A DNA stretch of 64,000 nt from Paragordius varius (taxonomy: Eukaryota > Animalia > Nematomorpha). Shown piece by piece: positions 26,398 through 62,978 of this stretch (position 1 is the first letter of the stretch; each line of letters opens with the position of its first letter). The DNA lies in the NCBI GenBank assembly GCA_964247055.1, contig OZ176058.1, positions 2,728,001 through 2,792,000 on the forward strand. The letters are read 5' to 3'. The notes under the pieces are model-generated. The model was given only the letters and a program-made list of their open reading frames with translations, was not told the DNA's origin and ran no database searches. The position numbers and the translations under genes are program-made.

Positions 26398-27684
26398 CAG
26401 GGGTGGCCCACCTTACTTTCCCGCAGGCTACTTTTTTGGGACAAAATTTCACGAGTATGAATATTATAAATTTCATTTATCACTTTAACAGAAATGATGC
26501 ATATACACATTTACAGATCGGGGTGACTAGCGCAATTATAAAATAAATACCAAAAATAATTATTTTTATAAATAATCATTTTATCAAAATACCTAAATAA
26601 TATTGAGAAGACCTCTGGTTGCCACATCAGTACAATTACTAAATTATTTACATTATTCAATTCATTGAATTTCTAAAGGATATTAACTGCGCATCTTGTG
26701 ACGAATTTTAGATGATCGATTAAATAATGGATTTGTAGCTCTTGACAAAGATCTTTGTGATTTACTAGATTTTATGGATTATGCATACCAAGTTTTAAAT
26801 AATAGACATATGCTTCAAGATAGTAAATTCCATCAAATCAAAAAGAGTGTCGCTCCGCATTTTTTAATTTAGTAAAAGGAATCGGTGTTGGTATAGCGGT
26901 TAATACAGATGTAAGGTGGTTATGTCTTATGCATTTATAGAACGATTAAGACTATTCAAATGTATTTTTTTATGCGATACCTCATTCTAACTTGACGTCT
27001 AAAATTCTGCTCTTAAAAATATGCTAAATTTCGGTAAAATTTTATTTAATCATCACCTCTCCGCATATTTATGTTTTTAAGCCTTTATTCATAATATTCT
27101 CTTAGTCTTTATAATTCTCAAACAGCACTTCAAAGATTTATATCTTCTTTCCGAATTTCTCAGTCTTAAAAAGATTTTGTTATTTTTTGATATTTAGTAC
27201 ACATACTTGCAATTATGAAATTTTTTTGCGATTTTGGCTATATTTCACAATTCAATGTTTCTGAAAATTTCGCTTTTTCAATAGCTTGTTGATTTGGGGA
27301 TATCGGAATTTATTTTTGATATTTCTGTAATGAGCCGTAAAATTTGTTTGGACAACTTTTATTTTAAGCAACACGCATTTATATAAAAAATCTTCTGCTC
27401 ATTCATTTCTATAACGTATTTTAACATTTTGCTTCTATAATTATTACTAAAATATAAGTTAGAAGGATACCTGCTTGTTTTAACAAATTTAAACTATATT
27501 CTAAGGAAATCACAAATATTAATAAAATAATAAATTAATTTATTAAATATAAATTTTGTTAACAAGTAAATATTTTTAAACACAAAATAAAATTAATTAG
27601 GAAAAATAAATTATAATTTTGTGGAGAAAAAAAATATTTAAAAAATTTTAGGAGGTCCCGAAGTCGACCGTTTGGCCACCCCTG
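26398..27684. mobile_element. hAT (Charlie-like termini) non-autonomous element
   Basis: CAGGGGTGGCCCA...TTGGCCACCCCTG; 8-bp flanks CTATTTTA / CTATATTA (7/8). Confidence 0.72.
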
Positions 27685-28649
27685 CTATATTAAAAAAGAC
27701 AAGGTTTTATTTGACGCTTTTTCAATTTCAAAATACCGAATATGTAAGATGTTTTTATAAACAAGACCTCCACATTTTTTCAAGAGGTTTATCATGACAA
27801 AACCTTTTTGCATTTCGAGGCTTCATATGTAAAATAAACCATCAAATCCACCCTTAAACAACTCAAGTATACCCTTAATTCCAAATCCCCCTTGAACAAT
27901 TCAAATTCACCCTAAAATAATTTATATGAAAAATACAAGAATATATTATGCCATAAATAAATATTTCATTAAATATTGAGTTATATTAGCTTAAAAAATT
28001 ATTTTTACGGTAAATTTGAATTGTTCAAGGGTGAATTTTTATTTGTGTAATATATTTTATGGGATCTTCAAAAAATATTATTTAACCATACTGAATAATA
28101 TATAACATATAGTATTATGAATTTATTAACGCACAATCAATTATTTAATAGCAAAAGAAAATATAGGTTGATTATTATGTAATTTATATAAGAAAATCTA
28201 ATGGGCCAAAATAAAAGATAAATTTAGGGAAAAAATTAATCTCGAAAAAAATAATCGATACAATCAGATACATATACATATATATATAATTATTGACTAA
28301 ATTTAATTAATTATTTTGTGGGTATATCTCATGACAAAAGCACTGCAAATTTCGTATATATAAATATATGATTAAAAACTAAATTATGCAATTATACTAT
28401 ATCACATTAACAAACTATTTTAATTAGCCATCTTGATAAAAAATTTATAGATATTTTTCTAAGCAAAACTTGTAAATTATATATCTATGAATCTACGTAA
28501 AAACTGTTTGTGATTTGTAGGATGTAAATTTTTAGATTTTTAAACTACTATTTTAAACATTATAGAATACAAATTTTAATATAAAAAAGGCAATTTACAA
28601 AAAAAGTTATTTTAAATAAATATTTTAAGCGAAAATTATAAATTTCGTT

Positions 28650-51505
<22,856 letters not shown>

Positions 51506-52889
51506 TTTTTATAGGTGTTTTTATTAATAAATATTTCTGAATTCTAATATAACATATAAAAAATTACCTGGATCAAAAAATGAGATTACCGTTATAATGC
51601 GATATTAATTTTATTATTAAACGATGACTCAGGGAAAATCAAGTTTATCAATGACTTTAAGGTCTTTAGGGTGTCAAATGTGTGTGGTGATTAGATTGTA
51701 AAATGTGCCCCCCAGCTGGTTAAAATATTTTATTTATGAAAATTGCAAAAAATATATTTTTTAAAAATGTTTTATATTTTGGTATTTTTTTATAATATAA
51801 TAAAGCATATTGAACAATGCGCATGGTATTAGATAGGTTTTAAAAAATTCTATTAAAAAAGTGGGATTAGAAGCTAAATTTTACACATGTTTTTTTATAA
51901 AATAATTCTTAAAATTGCGATTATGCGAACTTTCAATTTAATTGTGTCATATTTAATAGGTTTATACTTAAAACTCAGGAAAAAAACGTTTAAATTTAAA
52001 TTTATGGTATCCATATTATTTTATAAATAAGCCAAAACATCTAAATAATATTTAGTTATAAAAAATCCCTACTTTGACGCGATTTTCTATAAAATATTGA
52101 AAAATTGGGTTTGCTTGGTTGTAGCGCTATTTAGGCTAATTTTCTATTTAAAATCCAACCTTGGTAAAAACAGAAAAAAATGGAATTTACATTATTTAAT
52201 ATTTAACCAATTCACACATATAAATTTTTTAAGATATATCCTCAAAATAAGTATTAAAATTTTTATAAAGAGATTTTGGAATGCTATATGAATGCAAACT
52301 TTTACAATGGTTTATACATTATAAATATTAGATTTTTAAATGCTTAAAGTCCCCACCCCAATTCAGATCGGAGGACTGTGTGTTGTCAAGTGTTAAGGAA
52401 GAATATTTATCTATTCTAAAACTTATTAGCCTTTTTTTGTCGAGGATGATGTATTGGTCTAATTTTATATCGGGGCTAATCTTGTAAATAGTTTTGAAAG
52501 TTATTTTGGTCTCCTTTATTAGTTAAAAAAGCTTATATTTTTACAGTTTGTGACATCTAGAGTCTAAAGTTGGGCTCCAGAACACAGTTATTTAAAAATT
52601 AATATATATCAAGTGCCTTTTAATTTCCAGAGGTATTGGCAATAATTTTTAAATATTGCGGTGTGAAATTTAGAGATGAGGATTTTTACAATTTAACATT
52701 TTTAAAAAATAATAATTCCTCTCTCAAAAGGTAATTGTATGTTAAATTTGGCATTATCGTAAACACTTTTATGATATTGAAATTAAAATCGCTCTGTGGT
52801 AAACTCCTCCCAAAGGGCAGAAAAATTAATTAGGATTTAGGCATTTTACATTTTACATTTTTAAATTTTTCTAATTACTCTGAGTTTAA

Positions 52890-54250
52890 GAATGCATATC
52901 ATTTGATTTGGCCCAATATCTTAAAATTTAAATATATTTGAACAGAATCTCTTATATTTACAGTGTCCACAGAAAATAAGCTGATGAAATATATATATAT
53001 ATATATATGATGTATCAGGATAATCTTGGCGCTTTTGGTTTTGGCTTTTACGTGTGATATAAGAATATTTTTACATTGTGAGTGTTCCGTACCAATGACA
53101 AAAATTGCGCACAATTATTTACATATGGTGAAAGCTAATTGTTTCCTTCTAAAAATCTAACTGAATATATCGAATTCTATTTATAAAAAGCAAAACATAT
53201 CTTTAGAATATTTTAATTTTTAGACGGAAATTTAGAAGGTCGTTTTTTGCTCTTATATGGGGTTCAAAAATAAACGCAAAAATCCCGAACGCGATAAAAT
53301 TTTAAATATGCGCTAAATTTTGACAACAAAAGTAAAATTTTGTTGAAGCGTACTTCATCCTATTTTTAAGCATGATGGAAACGGTATATAAACTCTGTTA
53401 AATATTATACTATTTTATATTGATGTCGCTGAATATTTTTATCATTTTAAAATTTTAATATTCATTCCTTTAATTTATACCTTATAAAAATTGTTTTTTT
53501 ATAAAAATTAGCCAAATTTGAAAGTAAACCAACCATTAAATTGAAATTCTAGGCAATAGAAAGGTTCGGCTTCATCTAATTATATAAAAAAGTGTTTTTA
53601 TTATTTCTAAAGCGTTTTTATATCGTTTCCATGATTCCTAAAAGTAGTATTAATTACGTTTCAGCAAAGTTTTGCCAAAAAAATTTTGTTAAAAGATTAT
53701 TTAAATATTTTATGTCAAAATTTAGCATAAATTTAAAATTTTTTATCGTGTCAAGCATTTTTGCGTTTATTTTAAAACTAACATCTATTAGAAGAGAAAA
53801 AAATTGGGACTTTTTGCGACATCATTTTTGCTTTTTTATAGGTAGTCATGATATATTTTAATGATATGATTTAAAACTAATCATTTATATTTCTGTGCGG
53901 ATATTTAGCCATTTTCTCATATTAAGCACAAAAGTTTAAACTTTCTTATATCACTCGTAAGCCCCAAAACTAATAAGATGATAATCCTGATACATTATCT
54001 TTTCATTATAAAAATATTTAACATGCTTTTGTATATCCGATTTTGGACGCAATGTAATTAGAAGGTTGGTTATATTAAGAAAAAAATTTTCTATTACTTT
54101 TTATATTTTCACAAAATTTAACTCATCATGTAATAAATATATTTAAACATGTTTGTTAAATAAGAGATTCCCATTAAATGATAGGTTAACTTATATAGAA
54201 TAAGTTTTGAATTTAGGATTTTTTATATATTTTTGCAAATTATGTCTTTT
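52890..54250. repeat. Long degenerate inverted repeat (foldback-like)
   Basis: Paired blocks: gaatctcttat (~52944) with ataagagattc (~54160); tgtatcaggat...gtgatataaga (~53010-53065) with tcttatatcac...atcctgataca (~53945-53992); aaataaacgcaaaaat...ctaaattttgaca (~53268-53325) with tgtcaaaatttag...tttttgcgtttattt (~53713-53772). Confidence 0.75.
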
Positions 54251-54393
54251 GGTTATAATTTATTTTTTAAAATTTTTGGGTTGCAATCGGACGCTCATGA
54301 TACCTCCCATAAATTATATCAAAAATGTATGAAAGTTTTACGACTAACCTATTTTTAATTCTATTAAATTGTTATCAATCCAATTATATGAAT

Positions 54394-55758
54394 TAGGGTT
54401 GTGATTTTGACCCCCTTTTTTTGAAAAAGGGGGTCAGACCTAGGTCATACCATATGTTATTGCCAATAATAAATAACTACATACATAAATACTTGATTAA
54501 ATCACATAAAAAAAGGTTTTTACATAAAGTATATATTTTTTAAAATTATACTTTCACCAATCCTGATAATTTAAATTTCTACAATTGACGATCTTTCCTG
54601 GAATCATACATAAAGACTTATAGAAAGTTTCAAATCACAGAAAGCTAAGACTAACGAGAAAATATGGACTTATTAAAACCTATTTATGCTCAATTTAGAT
54701 TGTTTAAAAACGAGTCCTTGTCCATGAACTTAACGTTAACTTAGGATGGTTCAAAAAATTTTTATCTTTGAAATTTTTTATACGATTTATTAGATTTAAT
54801 ATATAATCGTGCTCACTTCATTTAAAATTTCAGTAATCTTAGTGAGTTTAATATATTCTTTGATCAAATTATTTAAAATATGACATTGACATCCACCATA
54901 TTATATTAGGATATTCTTTATTAATCATATTTTCAGCAGCCTTCATGTTCGCTGCATTATCGGTCACAATGGTATTAATTTAAATTTATCTTTTATTAGT
55001 TCCATTATGTTATAGATACATTCGGCAGTCTTACTATGATAAGATGTGTCAATAGTTAATAAAAATGATTTTTGGGATCCTTGACCAATAAATATTTTCT
55101 TCCTACGAATATTGGTAAAGGTATAATGAAATGTTATTTTTACATATTCCAATAACTTCTATTTTTATATCTTATGACATGAATCTAGTAATTCATTGGA
55201 AATCTGTTTTCTATGAATAGCGTAATTAGGTTTAAAGTATAAATGAAACTCCGTAAATGTTTATTTTCAACTATGTTAAGAGTTGAGGATGTAAAAATAA
55301 ATTTTGCTAAATATTTCTGACTAAATTCTCTTAAAAACATAAATTAAATAGTAAACTTAAGAAATTAAATAATTAGCTTGCGCGAGCATCACCCTCTGTC
55401 ATATAATTTATTTCATGAACTTCTTTTAGATGTTTCTTCATTCGGTTTATATAAATATATATAGTGTAATTGCAATTTTTTGCATGTAACTTGATCTTTT
55501 TGATCGAAAAATTTGCACAAGGCTGATTTCATTATGATTTAGGAAGTAAAGAAAAGATGTGTATCATATGATATTTAAAACAAAATAATACATATATAGA
55601 TAATATAAGGTTTGGTTTCCTAAAAATTGTAAAAATAAAAAATTAAAAAATTTAAAAAAATAAAAAAAATTGACCTAGGTCATTTTTTTTCGTAGTCATG
55701 ACCTAGGGTCATGACCTAGGTCATGACCCTAGGTCATTGACTAATGGGCACAACCCTA
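54394..55758 (-). mobile_element. hAT (Ac/Tip100-like) element with decayed transposase
   Basis: TIR TAGGGTTGTG/CACAACCCTA and perfect 8-bp TSD ATATGAAT. Subterminal TGACCTAGGTCA palindromes. Minus-strand relics: NRMKKHLKEVH (BED finger), TNIRRK...IDTS...KTAE, VTDNAANMKAA, CQCHILN. Confidence 0.88.
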
Positions 55759-58049
55759 ATATGAATATTTAAATGATGTTTTTTTATTTGTGGAAAGGCA
55801 TTTTTAAAAACCAATAGATGGGTCGCTGTATTGTATTTCTGTATTATTAAAATTAATTAGGACCTACAAATAATATTTGGACATATATCTGTTTTTATTA
55901 TCTGAGATGTCGAACTAGAAAGTAATACCTACTGCCATATAAAAAAGCAATTTTAAACAGCTGAAAAATTTAAATAGTTTGATATAAATTATTATTTGAA
56001 GAATTATTTAGATATGAATAAAAAAAAACATCGTTACAAATTCTGGAACAAAAATTTGTTAAAATTATTTTGTGTTCATAGATTTCCCTCTCAATTACAA
56101 AGTTAATATAAATAGATGGCTCATTTTTATATACAATTGTATAGTAATAAAGGATTTATAATATTTAATAATTAAAATAAATTAAAGCTGATTCGCCAAT
56201 CTAATTAGTGAATGAAAGACAAAATACCCAATATTCTAACTTTTAATATTTTATATATCCTCTCTGACTTTTTTTTATAAGAAAAAAAATAAAATAAAAT
56301 AAAATAAAGTAAAATTTTTACCCTAATTTTTATCTATTAAAAAAAATAAGTCAATTACCTTTTGGGGTAGTTTTATTTAAATAGTTTGAAATGTTAAAAA
56401 TATGCATTATTTAGCTTAGGCTCATTATGCAGTAAAAATTGAAATTATACGGACAAACGTTAAATTATAAAGGCAAATATATTTTTTCAAAAGACAACAC
56501 TACTTTGTCTTAAGTTTTCCTATATATGCTATTTAATTATAATTATACGGACAAACGTTAATATATAAAGACAAATATTTTTTTGAAGACAACCCTACTG
56601 TTTTAAACCTGTTTTCCTAAGTAAGCTATTAATACAAATTATAATATATAATTGATTGTGTTACTAATATATATTTCTATTTCATACTTTTTTAAAAAAC
56701 AATGTATAATTTTAAAAATCAAGATTGGTTGCGTTTTTAAAAAAGATATTCTTTGTATTATTAGGTATTTCTAATTCAATTTCCGCACAATTTTTTTCAA
56801 AAGAAAATGTAAATTTTTAAAAAAACCTCTCTCAAACTTTTTCGCCTGACTACATTATACCAATAAAAACCTAATATGCATATAAATCAGCTGTTCGTTC
56901 AGAAAATGTTTTGGAAATGTGCCGGTTTTGACTCTATAAGTCACAAAACAGTACAAATATAAGTTTTTTATATAATACATGAGAAAGGTGTTTGATATTA
57001 AATATAAATTAAAAAAACTTTAAAAACAGTAAATTATTTTCAAGATTGAGCTTTGGGAAATTAAATTACCCCAATAAGTCATAGTGGTCAAAAAGGTCAA
57101 TATGTAATGAATTGTTAATAATACTTTACTGTAATCATTTAAGCTTAGAGAAAATAAAATGCTATTTATGTAATTATTGCCGGTATAAGCCCAATGATAT
57201 TTCACTCTTTACTGTGTAAATGTTCTATCTGGTTATATTTTACACTTGAAACAACACATTTATTTTAGTCTTTCAACTATATGGGGTGGTCGTTGGTGAT
57301 CCGAAGTTGTTTAAAAGCAAATATTATAAATTAAAACTATTGATTGCATTGAATACAATGATGCACCGAAATATAAAAAACGATTTATTGAATAAAACTT
57401 GGTATTACATAATTGAATAAACTTGAATATTTAGTCTACATGACATGTGTGAATCAGCTAAATATGGAAATAATGCAAAATAAATTTTTTTTTCTGTTTA
57501 TATTAATATTAAATGTCATTTTGATGAAAAAATTTCAATTTTAGCGTCAAAAATAAGGTACAAAAAAGTAAGATTCTATATTGAAAAATAATATTTGTCT
57601 TAATATGTTTTCGTTTTGTCCGTATAAATTCAATTTTTAGTGCACATTTGAGGATAGTAGTACAATTTATTTATGTTTATAATATGATTCAAAATTAATA
57701 GTAAATAGATGGCAAACTTATTACCGTAACTGACATATTAGCAAAGGAAAAATACTTTATAAATTTTTTTAATTGGAAATAATCACAAGAAGAATATTAG
57801 TAATTAAAAAGGCGAAAGAACCCATTCGTTGCAACTTTTAACATTTAATATATCGTCTGTGGATTATTGAAATCATCATATACAATAAAAACAAAAAAAG
57901 AATATTAAATTTAAAATATATGTTTATTTTACTAATTTTTATCCCAATGGCAATAAATAGTACGCACTACAAACATGGTGCATAATTTCATATCTATATT
58001 TTCAGCATGATTAGATTTAAACATATGACTGTGAAAACTACTATTATTA

Positions 58050-58307
58050 CAGTAGAAAGTGAAATTATATGAGTGAAACATAAAATTATAAAGTCAATTA
58101 TCTCTAAAATACAACCTCACTTTTTAAATTATAATGAAAACTCATTGTTTCAAACAGTGGAAATAAAGATGTAAATTGATAATACAAGCAATTAATGTAT
58201 TTTATACGATTAAAATTAAATGACAAAGGTTTTAAATCTCATTGTCTTTGAGAAAAAAATTGTCTTTATACTTTTACGTTTTGTCCGTATAATTTCAATT
58301 ATTACTG
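58050..58307. mobile_element. MITE family B
   Basis: TA|CAGTAG...TTACTG|TA. Confidence 0.8.
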
Positions 58308-61300
58308 TAACATTTTTTGCTAGCTAATTACGTAAATTCGTTAAAAACTTATTTAAATTTTTTTAAAAATATCATTTCTAATTAAATTTATTATTTCTAG
58401 CGGAGTGAACAAATATTTTGGAGGTATGTAATAACAACTGATCATAACATAACTTAAACTTGTAATTTTTTATATTTCTATGCAATATTCCTACTAAATT
58501 TTGGAAATCAACTAAATTCTTAAAATAAATAGTGTTTTGTTGGTAATTTGAGTCTTATGTTTGAAATTTAAAACTCTGAAATGGCTATTTATTTTTCAAA
58601 TACGGCCCCTGAGGCGATTTGTGCTGGCCCCTGCTCTAAGAAATATGAATTGAAAAATAAAAAGAGAATATGAAAAAGACGCAATTAAACAGATTGCAAA
58701 AAATGTTTTGAGAAAGATTATTTTATAATTATACAGTCCGGTTCATATGTGTGGAACCGGATAAGTAGATATACAGTATAAATTAAACAATACAGACAAA
58801 ATGTGAAAAATACACAAAGTCAAATATCATTTTTGAAATATAACCTATCATTTTAGATTTCACAGATAAGTAATAGTAAAATGTAAATTGATGACACGTT
58901 CTCAATCAATTATATAATTTAATGCAAATAATTTGCTGTTTAACAGTAATTGTAAATCTGAATAAATATATAAAACTTATATTTTCTAGAGGATATGAAT
59001 ACGGGAAGTTTAAAACGGTATATAAGAGGGAGAAAATACCAGACCAAAATTTAAAGATGTTTACGAGAAACATTTAAAACTTTTAAAATGAATAGGATTT
59101 TTCAAACACATGTGACCGTTTTGCTAAAATAAATATATTTATTTGACGATAAAATACAATATTATATAATAAAATTATTTAAATTTAATAAAATAAATGT
59201 TTCTATTTAAACTATCATCACAAATCGATAGGATACATATATATATATAATATATATAATTCGTAAAATAATAAAATTTGTGGACCGATGGTTATAATCT
59301 CAGTATCATTACAGAAAATTTTTTATAACAATACCACATTAAATTAACATCTCTACTATTTAAACAATTTAATCAGTTTAAATATTTTATTTTTTTAATT
59401 GTGGGGGGGGGACGATTTTAAAAGCCAATAGATGGGTAGCTGTATTGTATTTCTGTATTAATAAAATTAATTAAGACCTATTAAATAATATTTGGACATA
59501 TATTTGTTTTTATTATCTGAGATGTCGAACTAGAAAGTAATACCTACTGCCATATAAAAAAAGTAATTTCAAACAGCTGAAAAATTTAAATAGTTTGATT
59601 TAAAATTTTATTTGAAGGATTATTTAGCTATGAATAAAAAAACATCGTTACAAATTATGGAACAAAAATTTGTTAAATTCATATTGTCATAGATTTCCCT
59701 CTCATTTACAAAGTTAATTAGATGGCTCATTTTTACAAGTGAACTGTTTTATCTATAAATTAAAATAAATTGAAGTTGATTTGCCAAACTAATAGTGAAT
59801 GAAAGGCAAAATACCCAATATTCTAACTTTTAATATTTTATATATCCTCTGTGACTTTTTTTTATAAGTGAAAAAAATTTAAAAAATAAAATAAAATAAA
59901 ATAAAAAAAATAAAATAAAATAAAATTATTGCTCTAATTTTATCTAATAAAAAAATTAGCATTACATCATATTTTATTTCATATAAAAGATTTCAATGTT
60001 AAAAATATTCTTTCTTTAACCTTTTAAACTCATTATGCAGTATGAATGGAAATTATACGCACAAACGTTAATATATAAAGACAAATATATTTTTTATAAA
60101 GACAACCCTACTGTTTAAAACCTTAAGTTTTCCCATACAAACTATTTAATGACAATTGTAGAATATATAATTGATTGTGTTACTAATAAATATTTCTATT
60201 TCAAACTTTTCGACTTAAAACAATGTATAATTTAAAAAATCAAGACTGGTTCCGTTTTGAAAAAATGTATTACTACTTTTTTCTGTATTTCAATTTCCGC
60301 ACAATTTTTTCAAAATTTAAATTTGTAAAAAAATATCATCTCAAATTTTCGCCTGACTACATTAAACCAAAAAAAACTTAATATGTATATTAATTATTTA
60401 TCAAATATTCGTTCCGAATGTGTTTTTGAGTGCCGATTAGAGACTCTAGAAATCACAAAACGGTAAAAAATATAAATTTTTTTATCTAATACATATGAAA
60501 GGTGAGTTTGAAAATTGAATATAAATTAAAATAACTTTAAAAACAGTAAATTATTTACAAGATTGAGCTTTAGGACATTAAACTACCCATGTCATAGTGG
60601 TCAAAAAAGTGAATATGGAATCAATTGTTAATAACTTTACTTTAATCATTTAAGCTAAAAGAAAATGAAATGCTAGTTTTTTGTGGAATCATTGCTGGTA
60701 TAAGCCCAATGATATTTCACACTTTACTGTGTAAATGTGCTATCTGGTTATATTTTACACTTGGATAGAACACATTTATTTTATTCCTTTAAATATATGG
60801 GGTGATCGTCCCGAAGTTGTTTAAAATCAAATATTTTAAAAATATGGAATAAATTAAAACTATTGTGCGCACCGAATACAATGATGCACCGAAATATAAA
60901 AAACGATTTATTGAAAAAAACTTGATGTTAATTAATTGAATAAGCTTGACGATCAAAATTTAGTTTACATGACATGTGTGAATTAAAATATGAAAACAAT
61001 GCAAATTGTCTTTTTACTGTTTATATTAATAATAAATGTGATTTTATTGAAAAATTATAAAAAACAGATATTTGGCGAAAATGTTTCTGAATGAAAATGG
61101 CGTCGAAGTAGTTTGATACAGAGCTTTTTTCAAAACTTAACTTTATTTAGATATTTTTATTTATAATTTATATAAGGATAGAAGTATAAATTTATATTGT
61201 TTTTTAAATAGATTTAAATAAGGTCTCGGGTTACTAGTTAGTCTTCATAAACTAGCAATTTTACACTAGATGAATTATGAGTAGGTATATATTGCATAAA

Positions 61301-62467
61301 GGTTATTAATTATTGCCAAATATATGCAGCAAAGAGAATTAATATTAATAATAATTAAAAGTGAAAAAAATATACCAATAATTCTGCCCTTTGTTGTATA
61401 TGCTATTTGATAAGAGATAATAACTTTCTAGCTATGTATACTTACTCATACTGTATAATTGCTTCAATTTTAACCCCTATTTATTTTGCAAAAAACAAGT
61501 TAATAAATAAAAAATTTTCTTAAAAAAATATAGTTGTCTATTTATATGTTTTGTCTGTGTAATTAGTAATATTACAGTAAAAAAACGACAAAATCGCATC
61601 CTTTATGTTTGAATGCAGAGTTCGAATTGCAAATAAATAGACAAAATTATTTTATATTCAGCCCTGGTTTTATATGTTTTCTTAACATAATTAAAGTTTT
61701 TCCATATTAATTATTATATAAAAGGGAGAAGAGAACTTAATAAAACACTATCGAACTGAAACCTAAAAAAATATATATTTGAAACTATACAACCTAGTGT
61801 ATATGTGAAACCAGAAAATATAGAAAAACTAGACTAATATATTAAAGTTGGTTAAATGGTTTTATTAAGGTATTAGGTTAATAGCAAAACCATTTCTTTG
61901 TTCATAGCACACCAAAGATTTTACTGTTAAAATTAATATTATACGGACAAAACGTAAAAATATAGAGACAAATATTTTTTTTCAAAAGATCCCTGTACTT
62001 ACTTAAACTTGTTTATAATGAAAAGTGTGAGAAAGAAATGTTATTATAAATTGAAATTAAAAAATTTATTAAGTTTAAAAACAGTATGATTGTCCATTGA
62101 AAAAAAATATTTGTGTTTATATTTTTTCGTATTGTCCGTATAAATTCAATTTTTACTGTACATTTGAGATACTAATACAAGTATTTTTGTGTTTATAGTA
62201 TAATTTAAAATTAATAGTAAATAGATGGCAATTTTATACCTTAACTGATATATTAGTAAAGGAAAAATATTTTATACATTTTTTTGAATTGGAAATAATC
62301 ACAAGAAAAATATTAGTAATTGAAAAGGGAAAAAACCCATTCGTTGTAACTTTTAACATTTAATATATCGTCTGTGGCTTATTCCCATATCATCATATAC
62401 AGTAAAAACAAAAAAGAATAGTAAATATTAAAATATGTTTATTACTAATTTTTATCCAATGGCAATA

Positions 62468-62649
62468 CAGTATACATTTTGATGGTTGCTTATTTCACAC
62501 TATAGTAGGGCAATTTGCAACACATGAATGTATGGAGAAAAGATAAGAAATAATTGTTTATTTAACATTTTGGTGTTTTCCATACATTCCTGTGTTGCAA
62601 ATTGCCCCCTACTAAAGTGTGAAATAAGCAACCATTAAAGTGCATACTG
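62468..62649. mobile_element. MITE family E (TA|CAGTATRCA, palindromic)
   Basis: TA TSD confirmed by the empty site ggcaaTAaata at ~57950 in the paralogous duplicated unit; second copy at 49101-49299. Confidence 0.88.
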
Positions 62650-62725
62650 TAAATAATTATAATACCTAATTTTACAAGTGTGATTAGATTTAAACATATG
62701 ACTGTAAACACTACTATTTATATTA

Positions 62726-62978
62726 CAGTTGTTAAAATCCGTAATATAACGATAAAGGATAATTAAATAGATATTAAATGAAATTATAAATAGAAATTAT
62801 AAACGATATGTGAAACCCTTCGTCAATAGTAATCGCAGACTAGTTTCGTGCTTGTTAGCACTCATCAGTACGACACAACTATTTGACTTGGGATTTTCAC
62901 ATATCGATTTCGTATATTTATCCAACTTTGCAATTTTGGTATAAATGCAGTTGGTTCTATTACGGATTTAGACAACTG
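62726..62978. mobile_element. Foldback/MITE-like element (TA|CAGT termini) carrying the hammerhead
   Basis: 25-bp TIR CAGTTGTTAAAATCCGTAATATAAC / GTTCTATTACGGATTTAGACAACTG (22/25). Inner inverted arms 62801-62818 with 62890-62910 and 62822-62830 with 62878-62887. Confidence 0.8.
62832..62874 (-). ncRNA. Putative minimal type I hammerhead ribozyme
   Basis: On -: GTCGTA CTGATGA GTGCT-AACA-AGCAC GAA ACTAGT C TGCGAT. Perfect core, 5-bp helix II, palindromic ACUAGU helix III, GUC cleavage (C at 62838), 6-bp helix I. Confidence 0.88.

Noticed and set aside
51537-51570. Possible 5' UTR intron or trans-splice acceptor upstream of the GPI ATG
   Set aside because: Would be about 31 nt, much shorter than any other intron here (minimum 78 nt); cannot be supported without transcripts.
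52981-53015. CTGATGA followed by a (TA)n hairpin; also CTGAAGA...GAAA in GPI exon 5
   Set aside because: No GAAA after the hairpin in the first; no helix II in the second, which is coding sequence.
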